From: Verrucomicrobiota bacterium
GTDB lineage: Bacteria; Verrucomicrobiota; Verrucomicrobiia; Opitutales; JABDGR01
Reading direction: 5' to 3'
NCBI GenBank assembly: GCA_048497935.1
Contig: JBEHYY010000005.1
Span: 46,118 to 110,117, forward strand
Length of the DNA: 64,000 nt
Positions 10,252-20,718 of the stretch are shown here, piece after piece (position 1 is the first letter of the stretch; each line of letters starts with the position of its first letter). Under the pieces are notes generated by a model. The model saw only the letters and a program-made list of their open reading frames with translations, made no database searches and was not told the DNA's origin. The position numbers and the translations under genes were made by a program.

Positions 10252-10455
10252 TCACAAGCCGTGCTGGCCGCTAGAATAGCTGCCATTGCCATTATTATTG
10301 TAGCCGGTGGAGCTGCCGGGGGAGGAGTTGCCGTTGCCGTTGCTGTTGCCACTCGAGTTCATTGTGCTGCCGTTCGAGCCGTTGTTGTAGGTGTCATCGT
10401 TGTGGTGACAGCCCGTGAGCGCCAGGAGTCCGGCAATCAGGATTAGCTTTTTCAT
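10252..10455 (-). CDS. Small lipoprotein with an N/G/S-rich low-complexity mature region
   Basis: ATG at 10455..10453. Signal peptide plus lipobox: MKKLILIAGLLALTG|C. The mature ~50 aa are almost entirely N, G, S, T, H and Y. Confidence 0.65.
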   Translation of the reverse strand: MKKLILIAGLLALTGCHHNDDTYNNGSNGSTMNSSGNSNGNGNSSPGSSTGYNNNGNGSYSSGQHGL

Positions 10456-10723
10456 GGTCGTTAGGGGATTGGTGTTGAAGGAAGGGACGCAACCAAGGGG
10501 AATTATCTCTCGGATGTGAATGCAGTATAAACCGGCTTTGCCAAAACCGCGGGTGGCGGGCGAAATTTTACCGGTTTTTTCAGGATGGCCGGAATTTTCC
10601 AAAACTCTTGGGAGATGACTGAAGATTTATTCGCGGCGATCATGGTATTGGGACACCAAGCCGGATCTATAATTTCGCACCTTCGATTTGTTTACCCAAG
10701 CGTGGCCGGGTCCCCATTTCTTG

Positions 10724-13700
10724 TCACTTGGCTGGCGGCCCGCCGGCAATTTCCACCACCACCTGATGGGGCGCCTTATCGTTCACCAGCTGAATGATGG
10801 CATCTGCCACCGGCAAGCCGTCCACCGTGACGTTGCCCAAAGGCTCAGCCGTCCGAGTCACGGAGATTTGATAGTATGTTTCAAAATAGCGGTAACGCAG
10901 TTGAAACCCCGGCCAGGAGCGCGGCAGGCGAGGCTCGATGCGCAACTGGTCGCCGGTGCGCGAAAGGCCCAGCAGCGTCTCCATCAGCAGGCGATACATC
11001 CAGCCGGCCGACCCGGTATACCACGTCCATCCCCCGCGCCCGGTATGGGGCGGTACCGCATACACATCCGCGGCCGCGACATACGGCTCAACCTTGTACA
11101 CTGCGGCCTTCTCCGCGGTCTCCGCGTGCAGGATGGGATTGATCAGACGCAGCAGCTCCCAGGCCTTGTCCCATTCCCCCATCATCGCAAAAGCCATGAT
11201 CGTCCATACCGCGGCATGGGTGTATTGGCCGCCATTTTCACGGACTCCCGGCACATAGCCCTTGATGTACCCGGGATCCAATGCGGAATGGTCCAACGGC
11301 GGAGCAAACAATTGAATGAGCCCGGCTTCCCGCTTTACCAGCCGCGCCTCCACCTCCGCCATGGCATGGCGGGCGCGGACCGCGTCGCCCGCGCCGGAAA
11401 TGACCGCCCAGCTTTGGGGCAGGGAATCAATCTGGCATTCCGTGTTGGTGGCGGAGCCCAACGGCTCGCCATTGTCAAAATACGCCCTCCGGTACCATTG
11501 GCCGTCCCAAGCATGGCGCTCGATGTTTTCCCGCAATTGGGTCGCATTGGCCAGGCAACGTTGCGCAAAGGATGGGTCTCCCTTGCGGGTGGCCAATTCG
11601 GCGAAGCGCTGCAAGACCTCATAAAGAAAAAAGGCCAGCCACACGCTTTCCCCACGCCCCTCCCGGCCCACCAGATTCATGCCGTCATTCCAATCGCCCG
11701 TGCCCATCAGCGGCAGCCCATGCTCGCCCAGTTTGAGCGCGTGATCGATGGCGCGGGTACAGTGTTCATAAAGCGAGGCGCCCATGGCGGAACGCGCCGG
11801 CAAGTCATAATGCGCCTCCTCGCCGGGCTTGACCGGCAACCCCTCCAGAAAAGTCACCCTTTCGTCCAAGACCCCGGTGTCATTGGTCATGGTGACATAA
11901 CGGCACGTGGCCAAAGGCAGCCAGAGCAAGTCGTCGGAAATATGCGTGCGCACGCCGCGCCCCAACGGGGGATGCCACCAATGCTGCACATCACCCTCGC
12001 CATATTGCCTTCCGGCGCATCGCAGCAGATGCTCGCGCAACAGATGCGGCGCCTGGTGCGTCAAGGCCATGGCGTCCTGCAGTTGGTCTCGAAAGCCAAA
12101 TGCGCCGCCGGATTGATAAAAGCCGCTGCGCGCCCACAACCGGCAAGCCAGCGTCTGATAAGGCAGCCAGACATTGGCCAGCAAATTCACCGCAGGCTCC
12201 GGAGTCTCGATTTGCACGGAACCCAGGAAATCCTTCCATTGGGTCCAGACTGCCTCCAGGTTTTCGCGCGCGGCCTGCGCCGTGCAGTAGCGCTGGGCGA
12301 GCTGCCGCGCCTCCTCCGTATTGCGCCCCGCGCCGAGCACAAAAACAACCTCATGCTGGTCCTGATCCGCCAGCTCAAAAAACGTCTGCAACGCCGCACA
12401 AGGATCGTAGCCGGCGCCCACCCGGCCGGAAAGGCGGCTTCGCGACAAAGCTGCTGGAGCGGCCAGGCTGCCATTGCGGCCGATGAATTCCCGGCGATCG
12501 CCGCTGACCGCGCGCCCCGGTTCGTTGACATCCACAAACGCCACGCGGTTGGAAAAATCACTGTTGTAGGGATTCCGCGCCAGGAGCGCGCGGCTGGCCA
12601 CATCCACCTCGGTGACCACGTGCATCATCGATTTGCCGCGCAAGTCTCCCAGCACCCATTCCCAATATCCCGTCACGGACAATCGCCGCCGCCGCCGGGA
12701 ATGATTGTGAATTTTAAGCAACGCAAATTTCACCGGCGCATCGGGCGCGACATAAATCGTCAACTCGGAACGCAGGCCGTCTTCCTCATGCTCGAACACC
12801 GAATAGCCCATGCCATGCCGCGTCACATAAGGCGTCTGGCCTCGCGCAGGCAAGGGCGTCGGCGACCAAAAATCCCCCGTTTCCTCGTCGCGGATGTAAT
12901 ATGCCTCGCCACTGCCATCACTCACCGGATCGTTCGACCACGGGGTGAGCCGGTATTCGTGGGCATTTTCGGCCCAAGTGTAAGCACTGCCGCTTTCGGA
13001 AATTACGGTGCCAAAATTCGGATTGGCCAGCACATTGACCCAGGGCGCGCCATAGGTGATGGCATTCGGGGGCGTGATGATGATGTATTCCTTCCCATCC
13101 TGCGTGAAGCCGCCCCGGCCGTTGAAAAACCGCAGGGTTTTCACGCGCTCCTCGATTCCCAGGCTGTTGGCTTCCCCCCCATCGGCGATCGGACGGCGGC
13201 GGGGAGCCAACCGCGGCATTTCCAAGGGCAGCTGGGGTCGCTTGGTCGCTTGGTCCACCAAAGTGCCTTCGCCTTCCGCAAAGGTAAGCCGCGCCATCGT
13301 CTGGATAAGGATCTGGTCTTCGGGTGGGATCTGCTCGGTGCGTCGGAGAAAAATGCCGCCCGGGCGATCAATCGCATGAGCCTCGGGCCCGGCTTCGATC
13401 AGCCCCACCATTTGCTGGTGCAGATCCTGTCGGTAACCCGAGCGGTCCTCATTCCAAATCAGGAGGTCCACCGCCAGCCCCTTTCGCCGCCAATAGGCAT
13501 GGGCTTGAATCACCTGTCGCACCAAGTTGAGGCTGGCAGCCTCACCCACGCGCAGCAGCACGAGCGGCAGGTCTCCGGAGATGCCATAGCTCCACAAAGC
13601 TGATTGGGGACGGCGATTTTTGCCCAGCACTGCGGCGCTGGCGCGGTTCCAGCGGCTGCTGTAAACAATCGCCCCGGCCAGATAGGCGTACAATTCGCTG

Positions 13701-16700
13701 TCAGCGGCAGTGATGTTGAGCTGCCGCCGCATCAGCTGATTATGGGTATGGGCCATTTCAAAAACCCGGTCGGCAAGATGGAAGTCACAGTATTTCTCGA
13801 TTTGCTCCAAAGCCGCTTCGCGGGTCTTGGCCATGCCGGTGATGATGCTGCAGCTGGTCACGGCATCCGGCGGCAACGTGATTTTCTGGCGAATGGACAC
13901 AATGGGGTCGAGCACCGCGCCGGCAGAGCCCGAGAGCTCTCCGGTCTGGAGGGCGGCCGGTGCGGCCAGCGTGCGGGCATGGCCGATGAATTTGCTGCGG
14001 TCTGTTTCAAAAGACGCTTCATCCAGTACTTCTCCCTCCAATGCCAGCAAATGGAACATCCAAAACGTCTTTTCCTGCTGCGAGCGCGGCCGCCGGGTGC
14101 AGAGGATGGCCCGGCGCTGCCGGACGAGCTGCGTCTCGACAAATAAATTGCCGAATGCCGGATGCGCAGCGGCATCCAGCGGTCTCATCAGCACCACCTC
14201 CGCATAAGTGGTCAGGTCAATGGCGCGCGGTTGGCTGGAATGGTTCGTCAACCGCACCCGGCGCACTTCGACATCATCTTCCGGAGCCACACTGATTTCC
14301 AGCCGGGTGGTAATGTCGCCATCGCGTCGGCGGAAATCAGCCCGGGCCTGCTCAAAATTGACTTGGTATTCATCCGCAGGCTTGAGTGTCGGCTGATGCG
14401 TGGCCGACCAAAAAGTGCCGCTGGCCAAATCGCGAATATAGCAAAAGGAACCCCAGCTGTCGCAGGTGGGGTCTTCCTGCCAGCGAGTGATAGCCAGATC
14501 GTTCCACCGGCTGTAGCCGCCACCCGCCGCACTGACCATGACATGATAAACGGCGTTGGAAAGCACCTGCACCTCGGGGGCGGGTGTGGCCGGCGTGGAA
14601 TAAGCGCGCACCAAAGCGGGTGGAATGGCGGTGGCGGGGCGCGATATTTCAGCTTGGCCGGGCGGCAGCGCCACCCGCGCGGCAGTGGGGACGCGTTCCT
14701 GCAAAAGCAAATCGGTGGCCCGGAAGAGGGGTTCGGCCAGGAAGCGCCGCTGCATGGGCGAGTCCAGCAATACCGCGGCATAGGAAAGCAGGCTCATGCC
14801 TTGATGATGCGCCAAAAATGAGCACACGACCGCCTGGTCCTGCCCCGGCGGCAGCCGCTGCGGCGTGTAATCGACAGCTTCGTAAAACCCATAACGGCCC
14901 TGCAGGCCTGCCGCCGCCAGCCGTTGCAGGTTTTGAAAGGCCGGCTCTGCGTCCACCATCAACGCCATCGCGCTGGCATACGGCGCGACGACCAAATCCT
15001 CCGCCAACCCACGCTTGAAACCCAAACCCGGCACCCCAAAGGCGCGGTACTGATAATTGAGTTGGACATCCGTCATATTGTAGCCTGATTCCGAAATTCC
15101 CCACGGCACCTTGCGCTCACGGCCATACTGGATCTGGCGGCGCACGGCCACCGCGCAGGTGCGGTCCAGCAAAGTGCCCGCGTAACTTGGCATCACCAGC
15201 AACGGCATGAGGTACTCGAACATCGAGCCGCTCCAGGAAAGCAACACCGGCCCGCCGCCAGCCGTGGTTAAACGGCGGCCCAAGGCAAACCAGTGCTCTT
15301 GCGGAAGCTGCCCCAGCGCAATCGCGACGAAGCTGGCCAACCGCGCCTCTGAAGCGAGCAAATCATAGAAGGAGTTGTCCCGGCGCCGGTCGGTGACGTT
15401 GAAGCCAATCGCCATTTGCTTGCGGGTTTCGTCGTAAAGGAAGCCAAACTCCATTTGCGCGCATTCTTCGCATTGGGCCGCGACCATCCCGGCAGTTTCA
15501 CCCAAAGCCTGGCAGCGTTCGGCGCCGCTTAACAATGCCCGGCGCAATTGCTCCTTGTCCGCCGGAGACATCATTCCGGTTTCTGGGCCGGAGGATTCGA
15601 GCATTGCCGCGACCTCGGCCGCGGCCTGCGCCACCTCGCGCAAAGAGAGGTTCGCTTCGAGCCGTTGTAATTTTTCCCGCCAGGACGGCTCCGTGATTTT
15701 GGCCCAAATATGCCGCAGCGGCAGCCAAGGCGCCAATCCCAGCAGGCTGTCATGGATTTCCTGGACTTGGGCCTGCAACGCTTGTGCCGCCCAGAACGCC
15801 GCAGCCGCCTCCGGGGCCGAAAGCAATTGCACTATTTTTGCCACCTGTTCCGCCAGCCGGCCCAACAAGGCCACGGCGTCCGGCAATGCGGCTGGGGCGT
15901 GGGCCAGTTCCCGGTGGATTTCCGCCATATGCTTTTCCAGGGCCACCGGCCATCCTTCGCGTTGCGCCAGTTGCAGTCCGGCCAGCTGTTCGCCCAACAC
16001 CAGCACCATGTCATTGAGCCCCGCAAATGCGCGCGGGGAAAGCAGCCGGTGCTCCGGGATCTCCAGCAAACCTTGCCGCACCACCAGCAACAGCGCCGCC
16101 AGGTTGCCGCTGTCCACCGTCGAGACATAGAGTGGCGCCAGTGGATGCAAGGTGCGTGTGTCGTACCAATTAAAAAAGTGGCGGTGATAGCGCGCGAGGG
16201 TCACGAGCGTGCCCAGCGTCTGGCCCAGACGGGCGACCAGAGCCTGCACGGAGAGGTAGCCAAAGTCATAGGCCGCGAGCACGGCCCCCAAGCCCATTCC
16301 GATATTGGTGGGCGAGGTGCGGTGCGCGACTGCTTCACGGGGCTGCTCCTGAAAATTATCCGGAGGCAAATAATGGTTTTCCGCGCACATGAAGACATCG
16401 AAAAACGCCCAAGTCCGCCGGGCGGCGCAAAACAGCCATTGCCGGTGCTCCGCCGGGATCTGCTGCTGGCGGACGACCAGGGGGCGGCTAATCCACCAGG
16501 CGATGGCTGGCGAAAGCAGCCAGCCCATCAGCCAAGGCTCGGCGGTGGGCAGGGACGCTGGCTGGTATCGCTGCAGCAATAGCTGAAGCATGATCGCCAG
16601 CAGCGGAGCCGCGGCCATCGTCCGGTAAAAGCTGGCCAGATCCTGCCGCGCGTATTGCAGCGAATCGCTGGCCGTCTGCCATTCAAGCAACCGCCGATGC

Positions 16701-19426
16701 GTGACCAGCAAGCGCCAAAGCGTGCGGCCTACGGCGTCAAGGCAGACACACGCATCGAAGGGCAGAAACACCAAAGTGAGCGCGAGTTGCGCCAATTGCC
16801 TTCCAAACCGCCTGGCCACCGCCGCGGCATGCGTGGCAAAATCAAGCGCGTGCGGCTTGTGCGCCAGTTCAATGACGGTGGCCAGCAACGGCGGCAACGT
16901 GAGCAGCACCGCGATCAAGCAGGTGGCCAGCAAGGGGGCCGGGGCGGCGAGCCAACTGACAGACAAAAGCAGCAAAATTGCCGCCGGCACCAGGCTGCGC
17001 CGCAGATTGTCGAGTATCTTCCAGCGCGAGAGACCGGACAACTGGTTCCATGCCGAGCGGGCATCGGGCCCCGGCACCCGGGGCAGCAGCCAGGTGGCGA
17101 TTTGCCAGTCGCCCCGCACCCAGCGGTGTTTGCGCGCCGCATCCGCGGTATAGTGCCAGGGATGCTCCTCATATACCTGCACATCGGTCACCAAGCCTGT
17201 GCGCACGTGGCAGCCCTCCAGCAAATCATGGCTGAGAATGCGGTTTTCGGGGAAGCGTGCGCCGAGGATTTTCTCGAACACCGCCACTTCGTAAATTCCT
17301 TTTCCAACAAAGGAGCCTTCGTCGAAAATATCCTGGTATGCGTCTGATACCAATCCGGTGTAAGGGTCGAGGCCCGGATCACCGGCGAAAATCCGGGCAA
17401 ACCATGAGCGACTGGCGCTGGGCAGGCTGATGGCCACGTGCGGCTGGAGCACGCCGTAGCCATGCGAGATGCAACGGGTGGCGGTATCATAGACCGGGCG
17501 CACCAAGGGGTGGGCCATGGTCGCGATCAACTCGCGCGCGGCATCGCGCGGCAGTTCCGTGTCCGTGTCCAGCGTGATGACGAAACGTGTCCCGAGGAGA
17601 CGCGTGGTGTCGCCCACCACCGTGGTAAACCCCGCCGCCGCGCCTTTGACCAGGAATTGGTTGAACTCCGCCAACTTGCCGCGCTTGCGCTCATAACCCA
17701 TCCAACAGCCTTCGGCGGGGTTCCAGCGGCGCGATCGGTGAAAAAGATAAAAAGCCTGGGGCTGGAGCGCGGCGTATTTGGCATTAAGCGCCTCCACCCC
17801 CTGGCAGGCCTGGGAAAGCAGCGCCTCGTCCCCTTCCATGGTTTCGGCGGGCGCATCGCGAAAGTCGGTCAGTAGCGCAAAGCAGATTTGCGGGTCGCGG
17901 TTGGCCACAAACCGCACTTCCAAGGATTCCAAAAGGTCGGTGATGCCGGTGGCGCTGGTCAGCATGGTGGGTATGGCCACGACGGTCTTGCAATCCGCCG
18001 GCACACCTCGGGAAAAATCCAGCCGCGGGATGGGCCGCGGTGGAATCACCACCGAGGCAATCCATTGCACAACCGCCACCGCCAGCTGGCTGGCAGTCAG
18101 TAATAACGCTATGCTTCCCGCAATTTTCGCCCAAGGGGCGGCCCAAGGCACGAGCGCGGTGAAACCAGCCATCGCCCCCGCCGTCACCGCCAGAATGCCG
18201 CCCAGATAAAAGCCCAGGGGCAGCTGTTTGAGCAAATCCACCACTCGGTCCCATATCGTCGGCCTGGCCTCCAATTCACGGATGAGCTGCGGCAGGCCGG
18301 CATCCACCAGATAATAACCCACATGGCGCTTGCCTTGGGCGGCATCGCGCGGGTCAAACCCGCTTCGAGCCGCAAGCTGCACCGCCATGGCAGCCACGCC
18401 TTCCTCCGTCTGGCGGCTGAGCTTGGCCAGCCGCTCCACCGCGTGGCGATAGCGGTCCCGGGTGGCAAAATCCATCGCGGCATACACGCCCGCCGGGTCC
18501 TCGCGCAGCTTTTTCTCCGTCATGCTCAGGGACTCCACAAACGCGCGCCAGTCCGCCGCATTGAGCGCCCGCAGGCTGGAGATGCTGTTGCCGATGGAGA
18601 TTTGGTCGATGGTGTTTTTTTGCGCCTCCTCCCGCAGCAGTTCCTCAATATTCAGTGATTGCTCCGCCAGGCGGTGCTCAATCCAGGCCAGCGGCAACGC
18701 CAGGGCTGGATGCTTGCCTTGCAGCAAGCGCCAGATTTCAGCGACAAAGGGGCGGTTCCACGTTATCCCGGTGCGCGTCATGTCCGCGAGGATGACGACA
18801 ATGCCGGCCGGGTTGTTTTGCGCTGCCGCCATCAGGCCCTCCGCCCAGTGGTTGGCCAAGTCGCGCTCCCGCCGATCGGAGATGATCTGGCCGGCAATTT
18901 CGCGCAGATACTCAATCAGCGCCAGCCGCAGCATGATGGGGACGGCCCACAACTCCCCCAGCTTCAACGCCGCCCGCCGCTGGTACGCCGCAATGAACGC
19001 CGACAGGTTGCCGTTGTCAATCTGGCCGTCGAGGTGGGAAACCAGTTCGGCCGCCAGATGATAAATCCGCGGGTAGCCCGCCAGGGCGCCGCTGGCCAGC
19101 TGGGGCAATTGCCGGCTGTAGCTGCGGGGAAGATGATGGCGCGTTGTCTCAATTTGCTCCTGCACCACGTGAAAATTATCAATGATCCATTCCGCCGCAG
19201 GGGTGATGCGCTGCCCGCGGGCCGCCGCCTTCGTCACTTCCTCGCAAGCCAGCAGCAAGACGGCTTCGTTCTCCCGCAAACGCCGCAGCAACCGGTCCGG
19301 TCCCGGACGCGGGGTTAACTTGTGCCGCTCACCCAACGCCTGGGCATGGACTTCCAGCTGGGGCCGAGTGAATAATTCCCCACGCAGGGATTGGTTCGCA
19401 TGGGCGGAAGACGACAACATGATCAT
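10724..19426 (-). CDS. Cyclic beta-1,2-glucan synthase-like protein (ChvB/NdvB/Cgs family: membrane GT84 glycosyltransferase plus GH94-type phosphorylase region)
   Basis: ~2,900 aa.
- N-terminal half has TM segments around a glycosyltransferase core with VITLDTDTELPRDAAREL (DxD) and KHRWVRGDWQ.
- C-terminal half has glucoamylase/GH94-like blocks (GGGYSRWNDLAITRW, RDQLQDAMAL, DVQHWWHPP, ISDDLLWLP, GTGDWNDGMN, GGQYTHAAVW).
- Start taken at ATG 19426; a TTG at 19429 is also in frame. Confidence 0.8.
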   Translation of the reverse strand: MIMLSSSAHANQSLRGELFTRPQLEVHAQALGERHKLTPRPGPDRLLRRLRENEAVLLLACEEVTKAAARGQRITPAAEWIIDNFHVVQEQIETTRHHLPRSYSRQLPQLASGALAGYPRIYHLAAELVSHLDGQIDNGNLSAFIAAYQRRAALKLGELWAVPIMLRLALIEYLREIAGQIISDRRERDLANHWAEGLMAAAQNNPAGIVVILADMTRTGITWNRPFVAEIWRLLQGKHPALALPLAWIEHRLAEQSLNIEELLREEAQKNTIDQISIGNSISSLRALNAADWRAFVESLSMTEKKLREDPAGVYAAMDFATRDRYRHAVERLAKLSRQTEEGVAAMAVQLAARSGFDPRDAAQGKRHVGYYLVDAGLPQLIRELEARPTIWDRVVDLLKQLPLGFYLGGILAVTAGAMAGFTALVPWAAPWAKIAGSIALLLTASQLAVAVVQWIASVVIPPRPIPRLDFSRGVPADCKTVVAIPTMLTSATGITDLLESLEVRFVANRDPQICFALLTDFRDAPAETMEGDEALLSQACQGVEALNAKYAALQPQAFYLFHRSRRWNPAEGCWMGYERKRGKLAEFNQFLVKGAAAGFTTVVGDTTRLLGTRFVITLDTDTELPRDAARELIATMAHPLVRPVYDTATRCISHGYGVLQPHVAISLPSASRSWFARIFAGDPGLDPYTGLVSDAYQDIFDEGSFVGKGIYEVAVFEKILGARFPENRILSHDLLEGCHVRTGLVTDVQVYEEHPWHYTADAARKHRWVRGDWQIATWLLPRVPGPDARSAWNQLSGLSRWKILDNLRRSLVPAAILLLLSVSWLAAPAPLLATCLIAVLLTLPPLLATVIELAHKPHALDFATHAAAVARRFGRQLAQLALTLVFLPFDACVCLDAVGRTLWRLLVTHRRLLEWQTASDSLQYARQDLASFYRTMAAAPLLAIMLQLLLQRYQPASLPTAEPWLMGWLLSPAIAWWISRPLVVRQQQIPAEHRQWLFCAARRTWAFFDVFMCAENHYLPPDNFQEQPREAVAHRTSPTNIGMGLGAVLAAYDFGYLSVQALVARLGQTLGTLVTLARYHRHFFNWYDTRTLHPLAPLYVSTVDSGNLAALLLVVRQGLLEIPEHRLLSPRAFAGLNDMVLVLGEQLAGLQLAQREGWPVALEKHMAEIHRELAHAPAALPDAVALLGRLAEQVAKIVQLLSAPEAAAAFWAAQALQAQVQEIHDSLLGLAPWLPLRHIWAKITEPSWREKLQRLEANLSLREVAQAAAEVAAMLESSGPETGMMSPADKEQLRRALLSGAERCQALGETAGMVAAQCEECAQMEFGFLYDETRKQMAIGFNVTDRRRDNSFYDLLASEARLASFVAIALGQLPQEHWFALGRRLTTAGGGPVLLSWSGSMFEYLMPLLVMPSYAGTLLDRTCAVAVRRQIQYGRERKVPWGISESGYNMTDVQLNYQYRAFGVPGLGFKRGLAEDLVVAPYASAMALMVDAEPAFQNLQRLAAAGLQGRYGFYEAVDYTPQRLPPGQDQAVVCSFLAHHQGMSLLSYAAVLLDSPMQRRFLAEPLFRATDLLLQERVPTAARVALPPGQAEISRPATAIPPALVRAYSTPATPAPEVQVLSNAVYHVMVSAAGGGYSRWNDLAITRWQEDPTCDSWGSFCYIRDLASGTFWSATHQPTLKPADEYQVNFEQARADFRRRDGDITTRLEISVAPEDDVEVRRVRLTNHSSQPRAIDLTTYAEVVLMRPLDAAAHPAFGNLFVETQLVRQRRAILCTRRPRSQQEKTFWMFHLLALEGEVLDEASFETDRSKFIGHARTLAAPAALQTGELSGSAGAVLDPIVSIRQKITLPPDAVTSCSIITGMAKTREAALEQIEKYCDFHLADRVFEMAHTHNQLMRRQLNITAADSELYAYLAGAIVYSSRWNRASAAVLGKNRRPQSALWSYGISGDLPLVLLRVGEAASLNLVRQVIQAHAYWRRKGLAVDLLIWNEDRSGYRQDLHQQMVGLIEAGPEAHAIDRPGGIFLRRTEQIPPEDQILIQTMARLTFAEGEGTLVDQATKRPQLPLEMPRLAPRRRPIADGGEANSLGIEERVKTLRFFNGRGGFTQDGKEYIIITPPNAITYGAPWVNVLANPNFGTVISESGSAYTWAENAHEYRLTPWSNDPVSDGSGEAYYIRDEETGDFWSPTPLPARGQTPYVTRHGMGYSVFEHEEDGLRSELTIYVAPDAPVKFALLKIHNHSRRRRRLSVTGYWEWVLGDLRGKSMMHVVTEVDVASRALLARNPYNSDFSNRVAFVDVNEPGRAVSGDRREFIGRNGSLAAPAALSRSRLSGRVGAGYDPCAALQTFFELADQDQHEVVFVLGAGRNTEEARQLAQRYCTAQAARENLEAVWTQWKDFLGSVQIETPEPAVNLLANVWLPYQTLACRLWARSGFYQSGGAFGFRDQLQDAMALTHQAPHLLREHLLRCAGRQYGEGDVQHWWHPPLGRGVRTHISDDLLWLPLATCRYVTMTNDTGVLDERVTFLEGLPVKPGEEAHYDLPARSAMGASLYEHCTRAIDHALKLGEHGLPLMGTGDWNDGMNLVGREGRGESVWLAFFLYEVLQRFAELATRKGDPSFAQRCLANATQLRENIERHAWDGQWYRRAYFDNGEPLGSATNTECQIDSLPQSWAVISGAGDAVRARHAMAEVEARLVKREAGLIQLFAPPLDHSALDPGYIKGYVPGVRENGGQYTHAAVWTIMAFAMMGEWDKAWELLRLINPILHAETAEKAAVYKVEPYVAAADVYAVPPHTGRGGWTWYTGSAGWMYRLLMETLLGLSRTGDQLRIEPRLPRSWPGFQLRYRYFETYYQISVTRTAEPLGNVTVDGLPVADAIIQLVNDKAPHQVVVEIAGGPPAK

Positions 19427-19758
19427 CAATTATCAACGGTGGTGAACCCTGCACCCCAAACCGGGGCGGTGTGAAGAATTTACCCGACTTTTGCGGAAAA
19501 TTCCGCCGTCCGGCCAAAATTAACAGAAAATTGAAATGCTCTCCGGGGTGTTTTGCTTCGGAGAGCAGGCGTGAAAAAAATATTTTGCCGAAGCAACTGC
19601 TGCTCCGCAGTTGGATTTCCACCAAGCCGGCCCGGGAGCTTTCCCTCGTGGAAAAAGCGAATTGCTTTAAAAGCGCGTAAAATCGGGGCGCGGTCGTGGG
19701 CAAGCCTCACGTTCGGGGTTATGCTGCGGGAACTTGCGCTTCCGCAAATTCCCTCCTT

Positions 19759-20679
19759 ATGAACTCACTACGCGAAATCACGATCGTCGATAAATTACAC
19801 TGGCAGCACGCCCGCCTGTCCTGGGGCGCGGTCATTGCCGGCTGTGTCACCGCTCTCAGCCTTCATCTACTGCTCGCCATGCTGGGCCTCGGCTTGGGCG
19901 TGCGCATGATCAATCCATTCACCTCCGAAAATCCGGGCTTGGAATTCACGGCGGTAGTGGGCCTCTCCTGGACCGTCGCGGCGCTCATCTCCTTGTGGGT
20001 CGGTGGCTGGGTGGCGGGCCGGACGTGCGGCCATGGCTATGGCAATATCGGCGGCCTGCATGGCGCCGTGGTCTGGGCTGTGGCCACCGTGGTTTCCGCG
20101 TTGTTTATTTCCGCCAGCGGCACCTTGCTCGCCGGCAGCGCCATCAGCCTCGTCACCAAGACGGCGGGCGGGCTGGCATCCAATCCATCCATCGCCAATT
20201 CCGTCAGCGCGCCATCGCTCTCTTCAATTCCACAAACGTTGAATAGTTTTCTGGATGAGGCCACCACCGAGGACGCCACCGCGCATCCGGAAGGCTATAA
20301 TGCCATGCTGGCCAAACGTGAAATTGGCACGGCCATCTACCGCAATTACACCGACAGCTCTCCGGAGAACCACGCGGCGCTCATCCAAGCCGTCGCCCAG
20401 TACACCGGCCGCTCGCCCGAGCAAGCCGCGCGGACCGTGGCCGCTTGGGACCGCTACATCGACCGCCTGAAGGAAGAGGCAAAGATTGCCGCGGACAAAG
20501 CGCGCAAAGCCTTGGTGAAAATCGGCACGTGGACCTTTCTCGCTTTCAGTGTGGGCGCATTTGCCGCCGGCTGGGGCGGCTATTGCGGCGCACGACGGGC
20601 CCGGAACTTCTACGTGGTCGCCGATAATGACACGGCTGCCGATGTCCTGCGTGAATCCGTCACGGAGAGCAACGCCTGA
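19759..20679 (+). CDS. Hypothetical membrane protein (about 4 TM helices with a central soluble segment)
   Basis: ATG at 19759 (MNSLREITIV...); the track ORF begins at 19696. Hydrophobic helices at both ends. No family recognised. Confidence 0.6.
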   Translation: MNSLREITIVDKLHWQHARLSWGAVIAGCVTALSLHLLLAMLGLGLGVRMINPFTSENPGLEFTAVVGLSWTVAALISLWVGGWVAGRTCGHGYGNIGGLHGAVVWAVATVVSALFISASGTLLAGSAISLVTKTAGGLASNPSIANSVSAPSLSSIPQTLNSFLDEATTEDATAHPEGYNAMLAKREIGTAIYRNYTDSSPENHAALIQAVAQYTGRSPEQAARTVAAWDRYIDRLKEEAKIAADKARKALVKIGTWTFLAFSVGAFAAGWGGYCGARRARNFYVVADNDTAADVLRESVTESNA

Positions 20680-20718
20680 AACCCACTCCTCCCACCAACC
20701 CTCTAATTCCCTCCCACC

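Noticed and set aside
9991-10446. 151-aa plus-strand ORF spanning the right att-like repeat
   Set aside because: It crosses the repeat boundary and is antisense to the lipoprotein gene. The A/V/G-rich tail is a mirror of the N/G/S codons.
10688-13603. 971-aa plus-strand ORF, plus smaller ones up to 19.4 kb
   Set aside because: They are antisense to the glucan-synthase-like gene, which has clear catalytic motifs. The translation is R/P/G/Q-rich and motif-free.
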